A stretch of 64,000 nt of DNA from Coprobacillus sp. (GTDB lineage Bacteria; Bacillota_I; Bacilli_A; RFN20; CAG-826). A model generated the notes under the pieces. The model did not search any database. It was not told the DNA's origin and was given only the letters and a program-made list of their open reading frames with translations. Position 1 is the stretch's first letter; each line of letters begins with the position of its first letter. The position numbers were made by a program, and so were the translations under genes. The stretch spans positions 129,939 through 193,938 of the forward strand of contig JAJQAG010000004.1 in assembly GCA_021203905.1 (NCBI GenBank), read 5' to 3'. Positions 38,376 to 48,119 of the stretch are shown piece by piece.

Positions 38376-40789
38376 TAGTCATCCCCCGTCACCTTGTGGA
38401 GGTGCCAAATATCTTGGACGTATTCTTCAATGGTACGATCACTAGTGAAGTAACCACTATTGGCGACATTCATTAAGCACATCGTTGCCCACTTATCATG
38501 GTTAGCGTAGAGCTTTTGAATCTTTTCATTGGCAGTGACATAAGCATCAAAATCTTTGAGAATGAAGTAGTTATCACGACCATTCATAATCTCATCAAAG
38601 ATCATTCTGAAGCGGTCTTGATGATAGAAGCACCATGGTCCATTAAAGAGAGAATCAAGAACGTTTTTAATGCGATAATCACTATTATAGATATCCCATG
38701 GATCATATTTTCCAGAGTTAGCTAACTCCTCTACTTCTTGCGCGGTTAAACCAAAGATGACAGCGTTATCTTTTCCGCAGGCATCGACAATCTCGATATT
38801 CGCTCCATCAAGAGTGCCAAGAGTAACTGCTCCATTCATCATAAGCTTCATATTAGAAGTTCCACTGGCTTCTTTACCAGCGGTTGAAATCTGAACGCTG
38901 ACATCGCTTGCGGGGATAATGAGCTCCGCAAGGGTGACACCATAGTTCTCAATAAAGACCACTTTGAGATACTTATTGGTTTCTTCATCCGCATTAACGA
39001 CATCCGCTACCGCTAAGATTAACTTAATAATCTCTTTAGCGTATTCATAACTTGGCGCCGCTTTTGCGCCAAAGAAGAAGGTCATAGGATGAGGTCGATA
39101 TGAAGGATCATCTTTCATCTTTTGATAGAGGTACATGACATAGAAAATATTTAAGAGTTGTCGCTTATAAGCATGGAGTCTCTTAATCTGGACAATAAAG
39201 ATAGAATCAGTATCGACATCAATGCCATTATGTTGTTTGACATACTCCGCTAATTTGACTTTACTATCGTGCTTAATTTCTTGAAAATCCTTCAAAACTT
39301 CCTTATCTTTAGCGAATTTCTCAAAATCTTTAATCTTACTAAAGTCTGTAATCCAGTCCTCTCCAATACATCTTGTAATGAGATCTGCTAGTTCGGGATT
39401 AGCATTTAATAACCACCTTCTATGGGTGACACCATTGGTCTTGTTATTAAATTTAGTGGGGTAGTATTCATTAAAATCTTTAAAGGTAATTTGTTTTAAG
39501 ATGTTGGTGTGGATTGAGGCCACACCATTAACGGAGAAGGCGGTGACAATGGCAAGATTACACATATGGATTTGTCCATCTTTAATAATCGCCATGCTCT
39601 GTTTCTTTTCTTCGGAAACATGCTTCTCAGTAAGCTCAATCATGAAGCGACGATTAATCTCTTCAATAATCATATAGACACGAGGAATAAGGGTCTGGAC
39701 ATATCTCACTGGCCACTTCTCAAGGGCTTCTGGCATCACTGTGTGATTGGTAAAGGCCATGCAGTGGGTGACCTCTTTCCAAGCATCATCCCACTCCATA
39801 TTGTAGTCATCGAGAAGAATTCTCATCATCTCCGGGATGGCAAGGATCGGATGGGTATCGTTGAGTTGGAAAACATATTGATCGCTGATGCCCACCACGG
39901 TTCCGTGATGCTTATAATATGATTTCACTGTGGATTGCACTCCCGCCGAGACAAGGAAGTATTGTTGACGGAGTCTTAAAAGTTTCCCGTGCTCGGTCGT
40001 ATCATCAGGATAGAGACCATGACATAACTCTTCAATTGAGTGTAAATACTCCTCAAAAGAAGTGTTTTTAGGAAGATTTTCAGTTGAGGGCTCCGCATTC
40101 CATAGTCTTAAATAGTTAGTAATTTGATTACGATATCCGACGACAGGAACATCATAAGGAACCGCGGTGATATGAAGAGCGTTACCCGTCTTCATCCCAT
40201 ACGTTCCATCAGGTTTAAGATAGCTTTCAGGGTTTCCATAGAACTGGACATCGACCGCATATTTTATTCTTCTTATCTCCCAGACATTCCCGTTGGTGAG
40301 CCATTGGTCAGGAAGTTCTTCTTGTCTTCCTTGATCGAGTTTCTGACGGAAGAAACCATAGTGATAACGAATCGTGTTACCATGACCGATATAGCCCAAA
40401 GAGGCAATCGAATCGAGGAAGCACGCAGCGAGACGACCAAGTCCACCATTACCGAGACCCGCATCACTCTCAAGCTCTTCGAGTTCATGAATATTAATTC
40501 CTAAATCTTTGAGTCCATCTTTCGCCACTTGATAGATGCCAAGATTTTGCATATTGTTCACTAAAAGTCTGCCAATAAGGAATTCCATAGAGAAATAAAT
40601 AAGGGTTCTCTCGTGTTTACTCACAGTGAGATTATGAGTTTTGACATAGTCAACATTCGCGTAATCTCTCACCATTTCCCCTAAGATTTGATATTGCTCG
40701 GTGGCGTGAGAGTTATAGACATCCACGCCATATCTCTCAATCATTCGTCGAGTAAACTCTTCCTTAAAATCATTTTTACTATCAAACAT
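38375..40789 (-). CDS. glgP: glycogen/maltodextrin phosphorylase
   Basis: 804 aa. The PLP site EASGTSNMK is present. Confidence 0.95.
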   Translation of the reverse strand: MFDSKNDFKEEFTRRMIERYGVDVYNSHATEQYQILGEMVRDYANVDYVKTHNLTVSKHERTLIYFSMEFLIGRLLVNNMQNLGIYQVAKDGLKDLGINIHELEELESDAGLGNGGLGRLAACFLDSIASLGYIGHGNTIRYHYGFFRQKLDQGRQEELPDQWLTNGNVWEIRRIKYAVDVQFYGNPESYLKPDGTYGMKTGNALHITAVPYDVPVVGYRNQITNYLRLWNAEPSTENLPKNTSFEEYLHSIEELCHGLYPDDTTEHGKLLRLRQQYFLVSAGVQSTVKSYYKHHGTVVGISDQYVFQLNDTHPILAIPEMMRILLDDYNMEWDDAWKEVTHCMAFTNHTVMPEALEKWPVRYVQTLIPRVYMIIEEINRRFMIELTEKHVSEEKKQSMAIIKDGQIHMCNLAIVTAFSVNGVASIHTNILKQITFKDFNEYYPTKFNNKTNGVTHRRWLLNANPELADLITRCIGEDWITDFSKIKDFEKFAKDKEVLKDFQEIKHDSKVKLAEYVKQHNGIDVDTDSIFIVQIKRLHAYKRQLLNIFYVMYLYQKMKDDPSYRPHPMTFFFGAKAAPSYEYAKEIIKLILAVADVVNADEETNKYLKVVFIENYGVTLAELIIPASDVSVQISTAGKEASGTSNMKLMMNGAVTLGTLDGANIEIVDACGKDNAVIFGLTAQEVEELANSGKYDPWDIYNSDYRIKNVLDSLFNGPWCFYHQDRFRMIFDEIMNGRDNYFILKDFDAYVTANEKIQKLYANHDKWATMCLMNVANSGYFTSDRTIEEYVQDIWHLHKVTGDD

Positions 40790-40840
40790 AAGTGATCCTC
40801 CTTTCCAAAATAAAAAATAGGATGAATAGTTTGGTATTAA

Positions 40841-42700
40841 TTATTTAACTTTTTTAAAGATACACGCGGCAAGAGTGCCAAGCTTAATAGTGATGTGATA
40901 GGGTTTTCCTTCACTACCACCTAAACCAGTGGTAAGGGGGAGACCATTATATTGGTTCCACCCACCATAGACATCTTTATCACTATTAAAGATTTCTTCG
41001 TACTCCCCCTCTTCTATGACGGGAATGTCATAGTCGGGGTAAAACTCTGTCGTCATATTAAAGACAAACACCAAGAGATCATCATCCACTTTTCTTTGGA
41101 AAGCAAAGACAGATTGATCTCTGTTATCCACCATCAACCACTGGAAATGAATGGGATTATATTCTTCCCAGTACATGGCTTTTTCATGACAATAAATTCT
41201 ATTTAAGTCTCTTACAGTTCTTGAGACAGAATCATGCTTTGGATAAGACTTCAGATTCCAGGGGAGAGATTTATTTTCATTCCACTCATCAAAGGAACCG
41301 AGTTCGTTACCCATGAAGTTGAGTTTTTTACCAGGATGTGCAAACTGATAAGTATATAAGTTCCTTAATATGGCAAACTTACAATCATAGTCACCCCAGA
41401 GTTTATTAATAATAGTTCCCTTTCCATGCACGACTTCGTCGTGACTAAGGGGAAGAAGGAAGTTATCAGAATAGAAATATGCCATCGAGAAGGTGAGTTT
41501 GTTGTGGTCATATTTCTTATATATCGGATCAAGAGAGTAATACTTAAGGGTGTCGTTCATCCATCCAAGGTCCCACTTATAATCAAAGCCAAGACCTCCT
41601 TGATCTGTGCCTTTGGTCACCAAAGCGTAGTCACTCGAATCTTCCGCAATCATCATCACGGTGTCGTGAGCGATATGCATCTTCCCATTGAGTCTTTTAA
41701 TAAACTCCACCGCTCCTTCATTAAGGCCGTTACTCTTATCCCCATTATAGAAGATGATATTAGAGACCGCGTCCACTCTAATACCATCAAAGTGGTAATA
41801 ATCAACAAAGAAGTTCATCGCACTCATAAGGAAGCTTCTCACTGGATCTTTTCCAAGGTCAAATTGGAGGGAACCCCAAGGAGAAACTCTCCATCTATTT
41901 GAATATTCAAATAGTTTTGTGCCATCAAAATCCGCAAGAGCCCACTTATCGTTAGCGAAGTGAACAGGAGCAAAGTCTAAGATGACTCCGATATTAGCCT
42001 GATGTAAACGATCAATTAAAGACATTAATTGGAAGGGGTTTCCATACCTTGAATCCACTGAATAGAAACCTGTGGCTTGATAGCCCCAGCTTCCGTCAAA
42101 GGGATATTGAACAATCGGCATAATCTCAATATGGGTAAACCCATGTTCTTGAATATAAGGAATAAGATAATCCGCGATTTCTTCATAGGAGAGGACATGA
42201 CCATCCATAGCTCTCCCTTTCCAACTTCCAAGGTGCATTTCATAGATTGACATGGGTTGATCAAAGTTACGACTTCTTGACGCTAACCAAGGATCATCAT
42301 GCCACATGAAGTTATTGATATCGAATAACCTGGAACAAGTTCCAGGACGGAGTTCACTATAAAAAGCGAAAGGATCCGCACGATCAACATAGTTCCCTTT
42401 CGCATCTTTAAAATGGAATTTATATGATTGATAACTCACGAGGTGAGGAACAAAGACTTCCCACACTCCGCAGTCATCAACTTTGTGCATCTTATCTCTT
42501 CCGACATCCCACTCATTCCACTCTCCAATGACAGAGACGTCACTCGCACATGGAGCGTATAATCTAAATACAACACCATCTTCTTGGTCAAGTTTCACAA
42601 AGTGGGCACCAAAATACTTGTATGCCTCAAGTGTCTGACCCATAAGGAAGTCGTAAAGTAAACCAAATGCCATATTTAGAAACGAATGATTGAATATCAT
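40841..42700 (-). CDS. glgB: 1,4-alpha-glucan branching enzyme (GH13)
   Basis: 619 aa. N-terminal CBM48-like region and GH13 catalytic motifs (GFDGIRVDAV, EDSS). Confidence 0.9.
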   Translation of the reverse strand: MIFNHSFLNMAFGLLYDFLMGQTLEAYKYFGAHFVKLDQEDGVVFRLYAPCASDVSVIGEWNEWDVGRDKMHKVDDCGVWEVFVPHLVSYQSYKFHFKDAKGNYVDRADPFAFYSELRPGTCSRLFDINNFMWHDDPWLASRSRNFDQPMSIYEMHLGSWKGRAMDGHVLSYEEIADYLIPYIQEHGFTHIEIMPIVQYPFDGSWGYQATGFYSVDSRYGNPFQLMSLIDRLHQANIGVILDFAPVHFANDKWALADFDGTKLFEYSNRWRVSPWGSLQFDLGKDPVRSFLMSAMNFFVDYYHFDGIRVDAVSNIIFYNGDKSNGLNEGAVEFIKRLNGKMHIAHDTVMMIAEDSSDYALVTKGTDQGGLGFDYKWDLGWMNDTLKYYSLDPIYKKYDHNKLTFSMAYFYSDNFLLPLSHDEVVHGKGTIINKLWGDYDCKFAILRNLYTYQFAHPGKKLNFMGNELGSFDEWNENKSLPWNLKSYPKHDSVSRTVRDLNRIYCHEKAMYWEEYNPIHFQWLMVDNRDQSVFAFQRKVDDDLLVFVFNMTTEFYPDYDIPVIEEGEYEEIFNSDKDVYGGWNQYNGLPLTTGLGGSEGKPYHITIKLGTLAACIFKKVK

Positions 42701-42810
42701 TCTCTACTAAAAGTATAATGAGAACGGGTCAAATTTCATACTAAAAATTAATCTAAGATAATTTTTTATATGAGATGTGATATAGTAAAGAAATTAGAGA
42801 CGAGGTAGTT

Positions 42811-44025
42811 ATGGCAAAAGTAATGACAATCAATTCCGGAAGCTCCACTGTAAAGTTTAAACTTTACGAAATGCCGGAAGAAAAAGTTTTATGTTCAGGA
42901 AACTGTGAAAGAATCGGTGAAAAAACCGGAATTTTCACCTTTAAATGGGGTGATCAAAAAGAAGTCGATGACAAGATTGTCTTTCCCACTCACGGAGAGG
43001 CCGCTCAAAAGGTGATTGCCACCATTAAAGAAAAAGGAATTATTAAAGACTTTAGTGAAATAGAAGCCATTGGTCATCGTATCGTCCAAGGTGGTAAATA
43101 CTTCAGTGAGAGTGCTCTCTTTACAGAGGAGAACGAGAAGCTCATTGAATCTCTTATTCCTCTCGCTCCTCTTCATAATGCCGCACATTTAGCGTGCTAT
43201 CGAGCTTTTAAGGAAGTCTTACCCGATACTCCCGCCATTGCGGTCTTTGATACTGCGTATCATCAATCTATGGAAGAAGAGGATTATCTCTTTGCCATTC
43301 CTTATGAATTAAGTGAGAAATATAGCATCAGACGTTATGGAGCCCATGGCACCAGTCATCAATATCTCGCTCAAGAATGTAAGAAATACTTAGGTAAGAA
43401 TAAAGATCCCAAGATTATTACTTGTCATATTGGTTCAGGTGCCTCTATCACCGCGACAAGAAACTATAAATGTGTAGCCACTTCTATGGGACTTACACCT
43501 TTAGGGGGCATCATGATGGGGACAAGAACTGGAGATATGGATCCAAGTGTCTTTAATTATCTTGTTCAAGTCACTGGTCAGAGTGCGGAAGAGGTCTATC
43601 AGATGCTCAATAAGAAATCTGGCTTACTCGGTGTCAGTCAAATCTCTAATGATTCGAGAGATGTCTACGCGGCATTTGAAGCGGGTGACCCCAGAGCCAT
43701 TAGAACGATTAAACTCTTTAATCGACGTATTGCCGACTACATCGGACAATACTATGTCCGTCTAGGAGGATGTGATATCCTTGTGTGGTCCGCGGGAATT
43801 GGAGAGAATGAACCGAGGACAAGAAGAGATGTCTGTCGTCTCCTCCACGATTCTCTTGGAGTGGAGATTGATGAAAAACTCAATGAGACAATCCACGGCA
43901 CAGAAGCTGTCATCTCCACAAAGAAGAGCAAGATTAAGGTTGTGGTTATCCCCACAGATGAGGAAGTGATGATTGCTAGAGATGCCTTAAGAATTGCTAC
44001 CTCCTTAAAAGAAGGAAAGAAATAA
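42811..44025 (+). CDS. ackA: acetate kinase
   Basis: 404 aa. Begins MAKVMTINSGSSTVKFKLY. ASKHSA fold. Confidence 0.95.
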   Translation: MAKVMTINSGSSTVKFKLYEMPEEKVLCSGNCERIGEKTGIFTFKWGDQKEVDDKIVFPTHGEAAQKVIATIKEKGIIKDFSEIEAIGHRIVQGGKYFSESALFTEENEKLIESLIPLAPLHNAAHLACYRAFKEVLPDTPAIAVFDTAYHQSMEEEDYLFAIPYELSEKYSIRRYGAHGTSHQYLAQECKKYLGKNKDPKIITCHIGSGASITATRNYKCVATSMGLTPLGGIMMGTRTGDMDPSVFNYLVQVTGQSAEEVYQMLNKKSGLLGVSQISNDSRDVYAAFEAGDPRAIRTIKLFNRRIADYIGQYYVRLGGCDILVWSAGIGENEPRTRRDVCRLLHDSLGVEIDEKLNETIHGTEAVISTKKSKIKVVVIPTDEEVMIARDALRIATSLKEGKK

Positions 44026-45020
44026 TGGCGAAAGAAAAAAGCGAAATTCAAAAGTATCAAAACCGATATAGTGAGCAATACAAACATATTCTCTCTAAAA
44101 TTGAGCAATACGATAATATCGTCATCTTCAGGCATATAATGCCTGACTATGATTGTCTTGGAACGCAAATTGGTCTTTATACATGGATAAAAGATAACTA
44201 TCCACATAAGAATGTAAAGATTGTTGGGGATAATCATGTGACCTTTACTCCAAGACTCTTTCCCGTGATGGATGTTTTACATGATGGAGATTTTGAGAAA
44301 CCATTTCTCGCTCTTATAGTGGATGCCTCTAATGCCTCAAGAGTGGCGGATCCAAGATGGGAGAAAGCGGAATATAAGATTAAGATTGATCATCACCCTG
44401 ATGTGGAGAACTTCACTGACTATAAATTAGTGGATGACAAGATGGTCGCTTGCGCGGAACTGCTCTGTAATATGCTCTTTGGCGTAAAACATAAAGTGAT
44501 GAGTGAAGAAGCCGCCAAATACTTCTTTATTGGAATCATAGGCGACTCTGGAAGATTACAGTATCCTTCCACGACTGTCCATACCTTTGAGATTGTGGAA
44601 AAGTTAATGAGATGTGGGATAAATATTGATAAGATTTATCAAAACATGTATGTGAAGAAAATTGAAGATCTCAACGTTACCGCTTACATCTTAAATCACT
44701 TCACAGTCAGCGACCATGGTGTGGCCTATTATATCCTTGATCTTGAAACCCAGGATCGTCTTCATATCACCACTGAAAGAGGGAAGGAGAATGTCAATCT
44801 CTTCTCTAACATTGATGGCATCAATGCCTGGTGCTCAATCACAGAAGATGGGAAAGATCACTGTTGGAGAGTCTCAATAAGAAGCAAAGAGAAAGCCATT
44901 AATGGTGTGGCGGCGATGTTTGAAGGCGGAGGTCATGACCATGCCTCCGGGGCAAAACTTTGGTCTTTGGATGATCTACCAAGACTTATAGAAGAACTCG
45001 ATAAACTCTTTATTGAGTAA
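44025..45020 (+). CDS. nrnA: DHH/DHHA1 phosphoesterase NrnA (oligoribonuclease/pAp phosphatase)
   Basis: 331 aa. DHHPD and GGGHDHASGA motifs. Confidence 0.85.
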   Translation: MAKEKSEIQKYQNRYSEQYKHILSKIEQYDNIVIFRHIMPDYDCLGTQIGLYTWIKDNYPHKNVKIVGDNHVTFTPRLFPVMDVLHDGDFEKPFLALIVDASNASRVADPRWEKAEYKIKIDHHPDVENFTDYKLVDDKMVACAELLCNMLFGVKHKVMSEEAAKYFFIGIIGDSGRLQYPSTTVHTFEIVEKLMRCGINIDKIYQNMYVKKIEDLNVTAYILNHFTVSDHGVAYYILDLETQDRLHITTERGKENVNLFSNIDGINAWCSITEDGKDHCWRVSIRSKEKAINGVAAMFEGGGHDHASGAKLWSLDDLPRLIEELDKLFIE

Positions 45021-45040
45021 GAATAAAACAAGAAGCAAAA

Positions 45041-45069
45041 ATACCTTTATCACAAAAAGGTATTTTTCT
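45041..45069 (+). terminator. intrinsic terminator after nrnA
   Basis: ATACCTTTatcacaaAAAGGTAT followed by TTTTTC. Confidence 0.55.
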
Positions 45070-45103
45070 TTATAAGAAAAGGTAGAGAGTTTATAATAAA
45101 CTT

Positions 45104-48100
45104 ATGTTTACACCCTTAAGAATTATTACTGGTTATACTTTTCTTTCTAGCGGTTTATCGGTTGATAAAACTGTTGGATATTTAAAGAAAACCAATTATC
45201 TCGGAGCGGGCATTTGTGACCGTGGGGTTTTATATGGTTTAGCAGAGTTCTATCACCTCATGAAAGGCATTGATAAAAAACCCATTGTGGGTATAGAACT
45301 CGTCATTGATTCTTTAGTGTGCGCGATTTACATCATTAGTGAAGAGAGCTATCGCGATATGTGTCAATTAAGCGCACTGCTCGATGAGTATGAAGTCTCC
45401 TTAAAAGACATTGAAAGATTCACGAAGAACTCCCTTGTCGTGATCGATACAAGCACAGATTCTTTCCAAGCCTTGTTTGAGAATGACCTAGAGATGAGAA
45501 AGAAACTTCTCTCTTTTTCAAAAGCCTTTAAAGAATGCTATTTAGGAATCGAAGTCATTAGCAAAGAAGATAAACTTAAAGCGGATCGCGTCAGAAAGTT
45601 TGCTCGTCAATATCCCTATCCTTTAGTGGCTTTCCCTAAGATCCGCTACAAAAAAGAAGAAGACGCCATCTCAATTAAGATCGCAGAGGCTATAAGAGAT
45701 AGTGCTAATCTTGAAGAGAAAAGTGCTACTGGAGAAGAGTGCTTCCACGATGAAAGTTATTATCAGCAAAGATATACAAAAGAAGAAATTGATAACACGG
45801 AGAAGATTCTTTCTTCCTCTACTTTTGATTACTTTATGAAGAGAGGAAAAATGATCCATTATTCCGATGAAAGCGATAAAAACCTTTTAAAAGAGAGGGC
45901 TTTTAAAGGACTAGAAAGTAAAAACCTTGCAAATCAGGAATATGTCGAGAGATTAAACTATGAACTCGAAGTTATTGAAGAAATGGGCTATAACGACTAC
46001 TTTTTAGTGGTGGCCGATTATGTGAGATATGCGAGAGAAAATCATATTCTAACCGGTCCTGGAAGAGGTAGCGCGGGTGGTTCTCTTGTCGCCTATGCCC
46101 TGGGGATTACCACAATTGATCCCATAAAGCATAGTTTGAGATTTGAAAGATTTTTAAATAAATCTCGTAAGTCCATGCCAGATATCGATGTCGATTTCGC
46201 GGATAATCGTCGTGATGAAGTCGTTGAGTATGTAAGAGAGAAGTATGGAAAGAATCGAGTAGCTAATATCGTTACTTTCCAAACTATTGGCGCGAAGCAA
46301 GCTCTAAGAGATATCGGAAGAGTCTATCAATATAAAAACTCCCATATCGATCGACTTTGTAAAATGCTTGGGAAAAGCGATGTTAGTTTAAGAGAGAGCT
46401 ACCTCACAAACAAGATATTTAAAGAAGAGGTTGATCGCGATAAGTATGTCTTAGAGATTGTCACCTTAGCCTCTAAGATTGAAGGTCTTCCCCGACAAAG
46501 TGGCCAACATGCCGCGGGTATTGTTTTAAATGATGAACCCCTAGAGAACGCTATCCCCATCACTAAGGATTTTGATGGTAACTATATTGTCCAATATGAG
46601 ATGACATACCTTGAAGAAGATGGATTCTTAAAGATGGATTTTTTAGGACTAAAGAACCTCACTATTATCGATAACTGTGTCGCTCTCATCAACAGAACTG
46701 AACATCTCCATCTCGATCCCTTTAATCTCGATTGGGACAAGAAAGAAGCATATGAAGTTATCTCTCGCGGAGAGACCATGGGTCTCTTCCAGATAGAAAG
46801 TGAAGGTATGCTTAAATCAATAAGAGAAATCCAACCAACCTGTTTTGATGATATCGTCGCCCTGCTCGCTCTCTTTAGACCTGGACCCATGAGCTCTATC
46901 CCTATGTACGCAAAAAGAAAGAAAGGTTTAGAGAAAGTCACCTATCTCTCTAAAGATATGGAAAGGATTCTTGCTCCAACCTATGGAATTATCGTCTATC
47001 AAGAACAGATTAACGAAATCGCTACCACTATGGCGGCTCTTAGTCCTGATGAAGCGGATAATTTTAGAAGAGCAGTCTCGAAAAAGGATGCCACCAAAAT
47101 GGTGGGTCTTGAGAGAGAATTCATCGAAGGAGCAAAGAAAAATGGTTATAGCGAAAAAGATAGTAAAGAGACCTTTAAGCTCATCGAAAAGTTTGCAGAA
47201 TACGGATTTAATAAATCACATGCTGTAGGTTATGCAGTGGTAACGGTTGAGATGGCGTACCTTAAAGCCTTATACCCCTTACAATTCTATGCTTGTATCC
47301 TTGATAGCACCTCAGGTAGCGATCCTAAGTTCAACCAATATCTTGTGGAGATGAGAAAGAACAATTACAATGTCGCTCTTCCTTCTATTAACTACTCCAC
47401 GGCGAGATTTGAAATTAAAGATAATACTCTTCTTTATCCATTAACTGGAATTAAAGGACTTAATGTCCCTAATGCCTACGATATCTTAAGAGAAAGAGAA
47501 ATCAACGGAAAGTTCGAAGACTTCTATTCGTTTGTGACGAGAATGTTCCCCTACCACTTCACGGAAAACATGGTCACTAAACTTATTGATGCAGGAGCCT
47601 TTGATGAGATGAATCCTTCTCGTGCTTCTTTAAGAGCGTCAATTCTCTATGCTTTCCAACTTGCTAAACTCTCCGTTGGAGAGAATGGACAACTTACTTT
47701 AGGATTATCTCTCCCGAAACCCAAGATTATCGTCGATAAAGATGACTTAAAAGACAATCTCGAGAGAGAAAAAGAATGTTTAGGGACAAATCTCTCTAAG
47801 AGTCCACTCTCTTATAGACAAGATTTACTTGCCGCTAATGAGGTCACACCTCTTGAAAAGGTGACGGCCTATAATAAGACCTATAATGTCGCGGGAATGG
47901 TTCTCTCAGTAAAAAAGATAACCACTAAGAATAAACAGAATATGGCATACATTAAGATCTTTGATGATGTCACTGAACTAGAAGTCACTGTATTCCCATC
48001 ACTATATGAGAAAGTCTTTGATTTACTCACTAACTACAATTGTCTCCTTATTAGAGGAAAGAAAGATCAACAATCCTTTATCGCGGAGGACATTAAACTA

Positions 48101-48118
48101 TTAGAGGAGAGCATCTAA
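45104..48118 (+). CDS. dnaE: DNA polymerase III alpha subunit, DnaE type
   Basis: 1004 aa. N-terminal PHP region, polymerase core with GRGSAGGSLVAYALGIT, and a C-terminal OB domain. Confidence 0.9.
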   Translation: MFTPLRIITGYTFLSSGLSVDKTVGYLKKTNYLGAGICDRGVLYGLAEFYHLMKGIDKKPIVGIELVIDSLVCAIYIISEESYRDMCQLSALLDEYEVSLKDIERFTKNSLVVIDTSTDSFQALFENDLEMRKKLLSFSKAFKECYLGIEVISKEDKLKADRVRKFARQYPYPLVAFPKIRYKKEEDAISIKIAEAIRDSANLEEKSATGEECFHDESYYQQRYTKEEIDNTEKILSSSTFDYFMKRGKMIHYSDESDKNLLKERAFKGLESKNLANQEYVERLNYELEVIEEMGYNDYFLVVADYVRYARENHILTGPGRGSAGGSLVAYALGITTIDPIKHSLRFERFLNKSRKSMPDIDVDFADNRRDEVVEYVREKYGKNRVANIVTFQTIGAKQALRDIGRVYQYKNSHIDRLCKMLGKSDVSLRESYLTNKIFKEEVDRDKYVLEIVTLASKIEGLPRQSGQHAAGIVLNDEPLENAIPITKDFDGNYIVQYEMTYLEEDGFLKMDFLGLKNLTIIDNCVALINRTEHLHLDPFNLDWDKKEAYEVISRGETMGLFQIESEGMLKSIREIQPTCFDDIVALLALFRPGPMSSIPMYAKRKKGLEKVTYLSKDMERILAPTYGIIVYQEQINEIATTMAALSPDEADNFRRAVSKKDATKMVGLEREFIEGAKKNGYSEKDSKETFKLIEKFAEYGFNKSHAVGYAVVTVEMAYLKALYPLQFYACILDSTSGSDPKFNQYLVEMRKNNYNVALPSINYSTARFEIKDNTLLYPLTGIKGLNVPNAYDILREREINGKFEDFYSFVTRMFPYHFTENMVTKLIDAGAFDEMNPSRASLRASILYAFQLAKLSVGENGQLTLGLSLPKPKIIVDKDDLKDNLEREKECLGTNLSKSPLSYRQDLLAANEVTPLEKVTAYNKTYNVAGMVLSVKKITTKNKQNMAYIKIFDDVTELEVTVFPSLYEKVFDLLTNYNCLLIRGKKDQQSFIAEDIKLLEESI

Positions 48119-48119
48119 T

